Shown here one piece after another: positions 24,481 to 33,019 of a stretch of 45,089 bases of DNA. Origin of the DNA: an uncultured Planctomycetia bacterium (GTDB lineage: Bacteria > Omnitrophota > Gorgyraeia > Tantalellales > Tantalellaceae); NCBI GenBank assembly GCA_964528025.1, contig CAZGOZ010000004.1, positions 1 through 45,089 on the forward strand, in the 5' to 3' direction. Position 1 is the stretch's first letter. Every line of letters starts with the position of its first letter. The notes under the pieces were generated by a model. It did no database searches. It saw nothing but the letters and a program-made list of their open reading frames with translations, and was not told the DNA's origin. A program made the position numbers and the translations under genes.

Positions 24481-26784
24481 CTATTTTCCGGTATTTTTCG
24501 GCTCTACTTCCATGGTATTACCTATTTCCAGGGTTTTACCCCTGATCTCGGTTGATACTTTTGCCGTGACTGAAAGGATCTTCGTCACTTCTTCTCCGTC
24601 AATCAGCACCTTTGCCCGGCCATAATCGTTTTTCCTCGCCACATATCCCGAAACGACACAACTTGTCCGTCGCGCGCCCGGCCAGCTTATCTGGACATCG
24701 TCCAGCCACGGATATTCGACAGTCGCAGCAAGTAATTCTCCTGAAGCGTCACGCGGGAAAATATACGGATCACCCTTTCGTTGTCTTTGCACATAATCGC
24801 TATAATTAAGCTGCTCGCCGGACGATTCCCACAAAAGACCGGCCGTTAATTCCGCCAAAAATTGCACATACCTTTGGCTGCTTATGGATAAAGCATGGGG
24901 ATTGGACGTTCGCCCGCTTATGTCTTCCCAATCACTTGCTCCGTCCATAGCACTATTTGCCGAAGACCGCGCTTTAAGTCGTATCTGCGTTCCCCCGGGA
25001 CGGTTCTCTGACCATTTCATGCTGGCGTAAGCGGGGCTTGTTTTGGCGGTATCAAAGATTTGTGATTCCACCGTTCCGGTTTTTTTCCAGGTATCAATCT
25101 CCTCAACAATAAAAATACGGTCATTACCCCAGTAATCCCTGTTTTTCCTTTCAATTCCCAGATTCTGTGACCATGAAGGCGTTCCGGCAATCTCAATTCC
25201 ATGCGCATCACTGTTTATGTCGTTGTCTTTCACATAAAATGAGAGGTCTGTCTTCCCCCTCCAATATCTGCAGTCCGGCTTGCCACCATTGAATGTCTGA
25301 AACTCCGCCGGAAAATCAACATCCTCAAGTTCCGGAATATAAATCGCTATCATATAATCAACGTCTCTGTCGGCAGAGTTTTTTTGGACAAACGGAAAAG
25401 CGGTCCATTCACTCCAGACTTCCGAATTAGCAGGAATATATACCTCTTCCAGCAGATCTTCAGCTCCGCTGGGATTTCTCATATCATACGCATCTCTAAA
25501 AAACAACTGCTGATGCCAATGATACTCTGGAATCTCATTCTTGCCGGGTTTTTGATTCGGAAGGCCATCCACCTCTTCCCCGCTTTCTCTCCTCATTATA
25601 TAGGCAGCGGATATTTTTAGGGGGTTCTCCGAGGATGATCGAAACTTTACTCTGATAAGATCGGCATCGTCAATTATGAATCCGTTCTCTACAATCGTTC
25701 GAATAACGACAGGACATGTCGGCAGGTTTCCGTCTCTTCCTCCCAGAGTTGCGTCACCGGTTTCTGCAGCGGACGACCAGGCTATCTCCACGGCCTCTAC
25801 GCCTTCCTGAGGGACATCCAGCTCCACGTGCACTTCTTCTCCGGCTTTCGTAGTATTATCCAGAGTAGCCGACGCAAAGGAAGATTCTCTCCATAAATCG
25901 TAATAGTCTTTAAATTCCACATAAGCCCCTGCGCCGCCGGCCTGGAATTCCAGATAATTATTGTTCTCCCAGACGGAATCATACACGCGTTTGGCCGTTC
26001 CGCCTGTTACCGTAAGAGCCCCATCCGGCGCGAAAGAAGAATTATAATATTCGGCTTCTCTCCAACTCCCGCAGGGAGTGATGCTAATATTATCTATCCC
26101 TATTCCGTATCCTGAAGATGCGGGATTTTTCCCGTCTATTTCAAAGCGTATCGTGTGCTCTCCTGCGGACAATCTCGCTTCGCCAAACGTTATTCTGTCA
26201 ACTTTCACGGGAGTATCGGATTCATCGTAAAAATCAACCAAAAGCGCCAGGGGATCTACAATGAAAGTTTCCAGATTCCGCAGAAAATTCTTATCCGTCG
26301 TTGAGTCGCGGCCCCCATCCCCACTGTCAACGGTATTTTTCAATTGTTTATACCTCGCGGCATCGGTCAAGTCATTGTCCCGCGGGTCATAAACCGTCCG
26401 CCTCAGGGTAGCCGTTCCGTCCTCTTCGCTAAATATGTGATAAACAACCGTTTTGTCCCATTCTATCGCTTCGTCGGCGTCAAGTTTCAAAAAACCCCCG
26501 TCATCGGTGTCCGCCACAGGCAGGCTTATCGCGGAATAAGATGTTTCTTCGGCGGGATAAAACGACATGTACCTGAGACTGGATCTGCGTATATCTCTCT
26601 TGATAATCTCCAGCGCTTTCATGAGATCCACCCTCAAATGTGTCTCGTCGCTTTTTTCAACCCAGGTCTTATAGATAAAAACCCACGCGGACGTTACACT
26701 CCCGATAATAACTACCGAGACCATAATAACGAACATTATCTCTGTCAACGTAAACCCGCGCTGATTTAACCTTTTTCGCCACAT
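24481..26784 (-). CDS. Giant pseudopilin, module B (767 aa)
   Basis: MWRKRLNQRG/FTLTEIMFVIMVSVV prepilin-type N-terminus. GAGGAAGAGG RBS. Confidence 0.75.
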   Translation of the reverse strand: MWRKRLNQRGFTLTEIMFVIMVSVVIIGSVTSAWVFIYKTWVEKSDETHLRVDLMKALEIIKRDIRRSSLRYMSFYPAEETSYSAISLPVADTDDGGFLKLDADEAIEWDKTVVYHIFSEEDGTATLRRTVYDPRDNDLTDAARYKQLKNTVDSGDGGRDSTTDKNFLRNLETFIVDPLALLVDFYDESDTPVKVDRITFGEARLSAGEHTIRFEIDGKNPASSGYGIGIDNISITPCGSWREAEYYNSSFAPDGALTVTGGTAKRVYDSVWENNNYLEFQAGGAGAYVEFKDYYDLWRESSFASATLDNTTKAGEEVHVELDVPQEGVEAVEIAWSSAAETGDATLGGRDGNLPTCPVVIRTIVENGFIIDDADLIRVKFRSSSENPLKISAAYIMRRESGEEVDGLPNQKPGKNEIPEYHWHQQLFFRDAYDMRNPSGAEDLLEEVYIPANSEVWSEWTAFPFVQKNSADRDVDYMIAIYIPELEDVDFPAEFQTFNGGKPDCRYWRGKTDLSFYVKDNDINSDAHGIEIAGTPSWSQNLGIERKNRDYWGNDRIFIVEEIDTWKKTGTVESQIFDTAKTSPAYASMKWSENRPGGTQIRLKARSSANSAMDGASDWEDISGRTSNPHALSISSQRYVQFLAELTAGLLWESSGEQLNYSDYVQRQRKGDPYIFPRDASGELLAATVEYPWLDDVQISWPGARRTSCVVSGYVARKNDYGRAKVLIDGEEVTKILSVTAKVSTEIRGKTLEIGNTMEVEPKNTGK

Positions 26785-26809
26785 ACTGCCTCTTCCTCTT
26801 TATGCCGTT

Positions 26810-27256
26810 TCATGCAACATCTGATATCAGCGTTTCCATTACGATCTTCTCTTCGCCGAAAACCGGAGCGCCGCGTCCCACCCGGGTCACCGTCCCTCCA
26901 AGGGTAATCCCCACTTTTTTAACAGTTACTTTAACTTTTGCCAGATGTGAATTATTATCATAATTCGCTGTGACCTCCATGGTCCGCGAAAAATCGTCCA
27001 GTCCGTCTCCGTCAACATCTACGCGAAAATCATCCTCGGCGCCCGCCGACAAGAGCTGATCAAAATCAAACCTTCTCAGCTGATCTATCCCCGACTGAGC
27101 CAAACAAGAGGCTGTATATGCCATGTCTATCCGTTTTGAGAACACAGAACTCTGGGACATGACAGCTATCAACGCCCCCATCACAACTCCGACAATGGCG
27201 ACAGAAATAACAACCTCTATCAGCGTCAATCCTCTGTTATTTTTCGTTTTTGCCAT
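26810..27256 (-). CDS. Small pseudopilin, module B (148 aa)
   Basis: MAKTKNNRG/LTLIEVVISVAIVGVV, with a DVDGDGLDD loop. Starts 11 nt after the rng stop. Confidence 0.72.
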   Translation of the reverse strand: MAKTKNNRGLTLIEVVISVAIVGVVMGALIAVMSQSSVFSKRIDMAYTASCLAQSGIDQLRRFDFDQLLSAGAEDDFRVDVDGDGLDDFSRTMEVTANYDNNSHLAKVKVTVKKVGITLGGTVTRVGRGAPVFGEEKIVMETLISDVA

Positions 27257-27267
27257 TATTAAGACCT

Positions 27268-28815
27268 TTAACGTTCATCGATAATAACGTCTTCTATATG
27301 CAGCGTCCCGTCTTCCTTAAGCTCTATTTTACAGCGATATTTACGCTGAATTTCACTCAGCATCCTTGCCTGATCCAATACGAGAGCCGCATGAACATCC
27401 GGATGCAAAGTAACACGCACATGTTTTCTTTTTCTTGTGCTCTCGGCGATTATCCTGTCTGTTCTGCGAACGGCCTCTATCGCGATCGTTTCCACGCTCT
27501 TGATCATTCCTTTTCCCCCGCAATACGGGCATTCCACGTGCGATGACCCTTCCAGGCTTTTTCTCATCCGCTGACGCGTCATTTCAACTACGCCAAACGG
27601 AGAGATGGGATGCAAATTTATCCTCGCTTTATCCGCCTGCAGTTTTTGCTGCAGAAGATTAAAAAGCCGGTCTCGGTGATCCCTGCTGTCCATGTCAATG
27701 AAATCGATTATGATTATGCCGCCTATATCTCTCAATAATAACTGGCGCGGAATCTCTTCCGCAGCATCCATGTTCGTTTTATACGCGGTCTCTTCCAGGT
27801 TTTTCCTGCCGACAAAACTGCCGGTGTTCACGTCTATCACGACCACACCTTCGGTCTGCTCGATTACGAGATGTCCACCGCTTTTGAGTGTGACTTTTCT
27901 TTCAAATATCTCATCTATTTTTTTGTCCAGATTATGTTTTTGAAACAACGGCTCCTTTCCGGTATACAGCTTGACTTTTTTTCTGAGCGACGGCATGAAC
28001 GCATTCAGAAACTTGTTAATGCGGGCATATTCTTCCCGCGAATCAACCAGAAGTTGTGTTACATCTTCGGTAAAGATATCCCTGACTATGCGTAACACTA
28101 CACCATACTCCTCATACACGGTTATGGGAGAAGATTGTCGGTCGGCCCTCATTTTTATGCGCTTCCACAGATTTAACAGATATTTGATCTCATTCTGCAA
28201 TTCTTTTTCCGTCCGTTTTTCCGCAACGGTCCTGACAATACAACCAATCTTATCCGGAAGTTTCAATTTATCAAATATATCTCGTATTCTTCTGCGTTCG
28301 GCCTTGTCCGTTATTCGACGCGATATGCCTATATTATCGTCATGCGGGGTTAAAACAACAAATCTTCCCGGAAGACTCACATACGTGGTCAACCGCGGCC
28401 CTTTAGTTCCTATAGCTTCCTTAACGACCTGCACCATTATTTCTTCGCCTGTTTTCAGGATTTCCTTTATGCCCGGAGCTCTTTTTCTTCTTTCCGTTTT
28501 AACGACAGGAACATCTTCACCGGGAAGAAGCGCCCGAAACGCGGAACTTTTATCCAGGACATCGCTCACATGGAGAAATCCGTTCTTCTCCAGACCTATG
28601 TCTACGAAGGCCGCTTCGATGCCGGGAAGGATAGATTTAACCCGTCCCTTATAGATGCTTCCCGCGTAATGCTCGAGACTTTTCCGTTCCATGAAAAAAT
28701 CAACTAAAGCGCCGTTCTCTACCACGGCTATGCGTTTCTCAACAGGACCGACATTAATCAGTATCTCTCCGCCCTTCTTCTCGGGAGATTTCTCTATGGG
28801 CATTCCTCTTCTCAT
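27268..28815 (-). CDS. rng: Rne/Rng family ribonuclease (RNase G-like)
   Basis: S1 domain (IYKGRVKSILPGIEAAFVDIGLEKNGFLHVSDV), a catalytic core (IIIDFIDM) and a zinc-link-like CPYCGGKG. 515 aa. ATGA overlap with the upstream gene. Confidence 0.88.
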   Translation of the reverse strand: MRRGMPIEKSPEKKGGEILINVGPVEKRIAVVENGALVDFFMERKSLEHYAGSIYKGRVKSILPGIEAAFVDIGLEKNGFLHVSDVLDKSSAFRALLPGEDVPVVKTERRKRAPGIKEILKTGEEIMVQVVKEAIGTKGPRLTTYVSLPGRFVVLTPHDDNIGISRRITDKAERRRIRDIFDKLKLPDKIGCIVRTVAEKRTEKELQNEIKYLLNLWKRIKMRADRQSSPITVYEEYGVVLRIVRDIFTEDVTQLLVDSREEYARINKFLNAFMPSLRKKVKLYTGKEPLFQKHNLDKKIDEIFERKVTLKSGGHLVIEQTEGVVVIDVNTGSFVGRKNLEETAYKTNMDAAEEIPRQLLLRDIGGIIIIDFIDMDSRDHRDRLFNLLQQKLQADKARINLHPISPFGVVEMTRQRMRKSLEGSSHVECPYCGGKGMIKSVETIAIEAVRRTDRIIAESTRKRKHVRVTLHPDVHAALVLDQARMLSEIQRKYRCKIELKEDGTLHIEDVIIDER

Positions 28816-29132
28816 GTTTTTTCTTCCTTTTTGTCTATGGCGGTGATCCCGAGGAGCTTTACCCCCTCAGGCAATTGTCTGTTAATCTGTTCCAGAACCT
28901 CAACCGCATCTTTCTGTTCCGTTAAAAAAAAAGCCATTTCTTCTTCCCTGCTCTCGCGCCCCAGTTTCAACGCCCGCGGTATACTTATCTTTACACGCGG
29001 CGTATATCCTTTCGTCAACACGAAAGGGAGAGACGTCCTACGGACGGCTCTGCGAAAAAGCGTCATCAAATCAAGGTGGGAGATATAAACCATGTCTTCT
29101 TTTTTTTCAAAGATAGCGTTGTACTTTATCAT
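28812..29132 (-). CDS. DUF2344 / TIGR03936-like radical-SAM-linked protein, short form (106 aa)
   Basis: YISHLDLMTLFRRAVRRTSLPFVLTKGYTPRVKISIPRALKLGRES. Start moved to ATG 29132 because the longer ORF N-terminus lies in the AT-rich palindrome. Confidence 0.65.
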   Translation of the reverse strand: MIKYNAIFEKKEDMVYISHLDLMTLFRRAVRRTSLPFVLTKGYTPRVKISIPRALKLGRESREEEMAFFLTEQKDAVEVLEQINRQLPEGVKLLGITAIDKKEEKT

Positions 29133-29143
29133 ACACCTAATCT

Positions 29144-29271
29144 GAATTTCAAATAACAAAGCACAAAATTCAAAATAAATCCAAAACTTCAAATCCAAAT
29201 AACAAAATTTTTGTTCCTTTGAAATTTGTCATTTGGGATTATTTTGTGCTTTGAATTTTGTCCTTTGGATT
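29144..29271. repeat. Long AT-rich imperfect palindrome (subfamily caaaattcaaagcacaaaat)
   Basis: The left arm is ~90% identical to 14371-14430. The right arm (29239-29271) overlaps the last codons and stop of pilQ. Confidence 0.85.
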
Positions 29272-31065
29272 TCCCCCTCCTTCACCGCTTTTCTCCTCTT
29301 TCTTCCCTTCGCCTGCGGGCTCTTTCTCTTTTCTGAAATCCATTATCGGTTTATAGCCCTCTTTCTTATCCTTGAAAGGATTCTTGTCATCCCACGGGAC
29401 TTTCTGCGCTTCAAAATTCTCCCACCTCCGGATGATCTCATCGCTGTCATTCTGCGATTTTCCTATATATTTATCATACTCCGCCATCATCTGGCCGGCC
29501 TTGACGGAATCCATCGCGTCTTTCACGAGATGCACCGTAATGAAAAACACTATTTCCGTTCTTGTTGCGGCCTCAGCCTCATACCTGAACAAATGTCCCA
29601 TAAACGGTACATGTTGGAATATATCCCCCAGAACCGGAACTTTATTATCTTTTCGCTCTACTTTTCGTTTTATCAGCCCTCCTATAAAGATCGTCTCACC
29701 GTCTCTCGCCCGTATAGTCGTGCTGGCCTCTCTTGAGTTAAAGGTAAGCGCAACCGTGGATAACGTCCCGCCTGCAACCGCCTGTGTAGAAAATCCAGCA
29801 TTCGTGGACACTTCCGGAAAAAGGTTAACGGATATATCGCCGTTCTCATTTACATGCGGGATCACTGTCAGTTTCACTCCGGCTTCCCTAGCCTCCGCTT
29901 CCTCCTCAAACTCAACAGTGACTATACCGGCCGTCTGTGTCGTCTCCTGAGTCTTCTGCAGCATCACTTTCTCCACCACCTTTATCATGGCTTTCTGATT
30001 ATTAAGCGTAGTGATCCGCGGACTTGAAAGCGTCTCCGTATTCAACCTCTCGTCTATAAAACTCATTGTCGCCGTGAAGGTGCTGAAGTCAAGCGAACCG
30101 TATGTAAACGGAGCGGCATAGTTCAGTGTAGTAGTTGAGGTTATCGTTGGAGCAGGGGTAAGATACGGGAAGTCAGAACTCTGTTCAATGGCCGTTTCCG
30201 CGATATTGGACATGTACGGAAAGAACTTTCTCTGGCCGCCGGGAAGAAACCCAAAAACTCCGCTGCGTTCAAATGGAAAAGTCGTGGGCCGTTTGGCCAT
30301 TGACGCGGAAATAATCGCGTTCCAGTCCACACCGAACCGTTCGTCATCATCCAGCTCAATCTCTATAATTTTGGTATCCAGCAAAATCTGCGGTGTTTTC
30401 TTGTCTATTCTCGCGACCATATTTTTCACTTCAATAATTCGGGCGGGAATGGCTGTTACGACTATCGCATTCGCGCTTTGCACAAAAGTGGCCTTTTCTC
30501 CTTTTCCGATGTCAATAATTGAGTTAACGGCCGCCATTAGCTGGATGATGCTTTCTTCCTTCTCCGCCACAGTTATCCCTTCCCCGGATGAAGTACCTTT
30601 TGTCAATTCCACTTCGCGCATGATATGGTTTATCGGAATAACTTCCGTTACCGGCTCTTCACCCTGGAGCTGGGTCTTGGGCATGACCCGAATAATATCC
30701 TGCTTATCATCCCGAAGATATACATATCCGCTATTTCTGGTAACAATATCCAGCGCGGTCTCCCATGGTTTGTTCCTGAGCCGCATGGTGACCATTCCTT
30801 CCACTCCGGGAGAAGGGACGATATCCACCCCGCTGACCTCTGACAGATAATGCAAAACCGTCATGATGTCCACATCCTTGAAATTCACCGTTACGTTACC
30901 GGAAGCCGGAAGAGGTTGTTCGGATTCCTTTTCCACTTCCACTACGGGCGTTCCGGCCGGCGTCGCCATCTGTCCATACAATGGCACCGGGTTCATTCCC
31001 GCAAAAACTATCACGATAAATACAACAAACCCTTTCATTACACTTCCATATTTTCTTATTTTCAT
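29239..31065 (-). CDS. pilQ: Type IV pilus secretin PilQ with a ~94-aa K/E-rich C-terminal extension
   Basis: N0-like domain (VNFKDVDIMTVLHYLSEVSGVDIV) and a secretin core ending VPVLGDIFQHVPFMGHLFRY...EIVFFITVHLV. AAGGAG RBS before ATG 31065. Confidence 0.85.
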   Translation of the reverse strand: MKIRKYGSVMKGFVVFIVIVFAGMNPVPLYGQMATPAGTPVVEVEKESEQPLPASGNVTVNFKDVDIMTVLHYLSEVSGVDIVPSPGVEGMVTMRLRNKPWETALDIVTRNSGYVYLRDDKQDIIRVMPKTQLQGEEPVTEVIPINHIMREVELTKGTSSGEGITVAEKEESIIQLMAAVNSIIDIGKGEKATFVQSANAIVVTAIPARIIEVKNMVARIDKKTPQILLDTKIIEIELDDDERFGVDWNAIISASMAKRPTTFPFERSGVFGFLPGGQRKFFPYMSNIAETAIEQSSDFPYLTPAPTITSTTTLNYAAPFTYGSLDFSTFTATMSFIDERLNTETLSSPRITTLNNQKAMIKVVEKVMLQKTQETTQTAGIVTVEFEEEAEAREAGVKLTVIPHVNENGDISVNLFPEVSTNAGFSTQAVAGGTLSTVALTFNSREASTTIRARDGETIFIGGLIKRKVERKDNKVPVLGDIFQHVPFMGHLFRYEAEAATRTEIVFFITVHLVKDAMDSVKAGQMMAEYDKYIGKSQNDSDEIIRRWENFEAQKVPWDDKNPFKDKKEGYKPIMDFRKEKEPAGEGKKEEKSGEGGGNPKDKIQSTK

Positions 31066-31095
31066 CGGTAAACTCCTTTGTAACACGTGTTGCGC

Positions 31096-31257
31096 TATTT
31101 AAATAACCAATAACCAAGATATGGATAATGTCAAATGACAAAATTCAAAGCACAAAATAAGCACAAATACCAAAATCCAAAACACAAATAAAAGCTTTGT
31201 TATTTGAATTTGAGATTTTGGATTTATTTTGGATTTTGTGCTTTGTCATTTGGATTT
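31096..31257. repeat. Long AT-rich imperfect palindrome, composite, between pilP and pilQ
   Basis: ctatttaaataaccaataaccaagatatggataatgtcaaatgacaaaattcaaagcacaaaataagcacaaata..., with a complementary right arm ending gtgctttgtcatttggattt. Confidence 0.85.
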
Positions 31258-31283
31258 AACGCCTGTCCTCAGTGTTGCAGTTC

Positions 31284-31673
31284 TCATTCGTAAAGCCTTA
31301 CTTCATGTTCCTCTTCGCCTATCTTGATCCGCACGCTGTCGCGCCCTACGGATAAAACGGACACTCTTCCTGCGGTGTCTCCCTCTTTTAATATTTCGCC
31401 GTTCATTATAACGCTCCGGACGCCTTTCGTGCCGCCCACGATGCCCTGAAGGATGATATCATCTATCGTGCGCACTTCCTGTATGTCACCTTTCGTGCCC
31501 GTCTCGGCAACTCCAACAAGCGGGACAAAAGGATCCCGACGGCTGCGTGAATCATATTTCACTTCGTCACTTCCATCCGCGCTGCCGCTGAACAACAAAG
31601 CAGCAAACGCAAGCGTCAGCGCCAATGCGCGGGGAGTCATGACTTTATTCTGTTTTTGTCTCGGTTGATACAT
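31284..31673 (-). CDS. pilP: PilP-like pilus assembly protein
   Basis: Signal/lipoprotein-like N-terminus, RRDPFVPL motif and a small beta-domain, in pilMNOPQ order. Start is ATG 31673 or 31640. Confidence 0.6.
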   Translation of the reverse strand: MYQPRQKQNKVMTPRALALTLAFAALLFSGSADGSDEVKYDSRSRRDPFVPLVGVAETGTKGDIQEVRTIDDIILQGIVGGTKGVRSVIMNGEILKEGDTAGRVSVLSVGRDSVRIKIGEEEHEVRLYE

Positions 31674-32295
31674 AAGTCTTTAAGGCCATTTCTATATTGT
31701 GAATCCTCGGCGTCTTTTTGTTCTGCTTTATCCGAAGTTCTTCTATCGTGACGAATCTTTTGCCACCTTCAAGTTCGCTCACAAATCGCCCCAATTGATG
31801 ATATCCGCTCCTCGCCGTGATAAGAACCGGCAGTTCATAATAATAGTCCGTCTTCGTTTCCCCGTTCTTTTCATCCTCCTGATCAGAAGGGGTTATACCC
31901 GATATTTTAACGGCGGACTCTTTGGCAATTATCGAAAAATCCTCAAGAAACTTTGGTATTTCCTTCTGCTCCGGAAGTCCCTTGGCGTATCCTCCGAGTT
32001 CCTCTCGTAATATTCCCAGACGGTCTTTCATTTTGTCCAGCCGCCCCAGACGGGTTTCTACCAATTCTATATTGTTTTTAATATCCTTCGCTTCCGCTGA
32101 CAATCTGGAAAACCCGGAACAGGAAGGCATGACCACAACCAGTAAATATAGTAAAACAAAGAAAACCATGGCTCCCAGGATTATGTACATCCGCGATTGC
32201 TCATTATCCCAAAGAGGCTTTACCTTCTCATCCCAGAGATTTTTCACTTTCTCATTTACGATCTTATCAAGTATTACCTTTTTTAAGTCGATCAT
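31645..32295 (-). CDS. pilO: PilO-like pilus assembly protein
   Basis: Single TM helix, a coiled-coil and a C-terminal ELPVLITARSGYHQLGRFVSELE motif. ATGA overlap with pilN. Confidence 0.72.
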   Translation of the reverse strand: MIDLKKVILDKIVNEKVKNLWDEKVKPLWDNEQSRMYIILGAMVFFVLLYLLVVVMPSCSGFSRLSAEAKDIKNNIELVETRLGRLDKMKDRLGILREELGGYAKGLPEQKEIPKFLEDFSIIAKESAVKISGITPSDQEDEKNGETKTDYYYELPVLITARSGYHQLGRFVSELEGGKRFVTIEELRIKQNKKTPRIHNIEMALKTYVSTETKTE

Positions 32296-32993
32296 TTCCC
32301 TTTTTTCTTTTCTTTCTTACTATCTGTTGTTTTTTTCTCCGCTCCCTGCGTTTTTTCCTCATCCGGAGAAGGAACTGTCTTTACCGGTTTAACCTGGCAT
32401 CTAATTATGAACAGCATGGCTTCCTTGCCGGTAACTTCACGGCTCCGCATATTTTCAAGCTCTATATCCTCAAAAGCCTCCGAAAAACCCTCCTCACTCT
32501 TCAGGCTCGTAATAAATTTTGCTACACGCGAAGTGGCTTCTTCTCCGCTGCCCAGAGCGTAACCCGTAAGACTCAATGTGACCGGCTCGGCCATCCCTTT
32601 TCTCTTTTTTCCGGCGGTATCACGAAAATCCAGTTCAAACTCGGAAAGCCAGATATTGGAAATCGTGGCCTGGTTCAGTCCGCTGAGTAATCTTGTCCAA
32701 TTCAACTGAGGCTTAGCGATCTTGCGCACGGCAACCACTTTTTTTTCAAGAGCGGCGATTTCACGGGCTATTCTTTCCGTTTCTTCCCGCTGCGGTTGCA
32801 TCTTTTCCCACTGAACTTCCACTCTCCTCAAAGTCCTTTTTTTACACGCCAGCGTAACCAGCAGCGTAATCTGTACAACAATGATTACCGCCGCTACTGC
32901 GATCACCAACATCAATATCGGCAACTTCGGCATCTTGACTGATTGCCGTTTCCTTTTGCGAAATTCTTTGGGGAGCAGATTAAGCTCTATCAT
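32292..32993 (-). CDS. pilN: PilN-like pilus assembly protein with a K/E-rich tail
   Basis: MIELNLLPKEFRKRK (INLLP-type motif), then a TM helix. Confidence 0.75.
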   Translation of the reverse strand: MIELNLLPKEFRKRKRQSVKMPKLPILMLVIAVAAVIIVVQITLLVTLACKKRTLRRVEVQWEKMQPQREETERIAREIAALEKKVVAVRKIAKPQLNWTRLLSGLNQATISNIWLSEFELDFRDTAGKKRKGMAEPVTLSLTGYALGSGEEATSRVAKFITSLKSEEGFSEAFEDIELENMRSREVTGKEAMLFIIRCQVKPVKTVPSPDEEKTQGAEKKTTDSKKEKKKGK

Positions 32994-33019
32994 AAATCAA
33001 TACCTGGTTTCTGAGCGCT

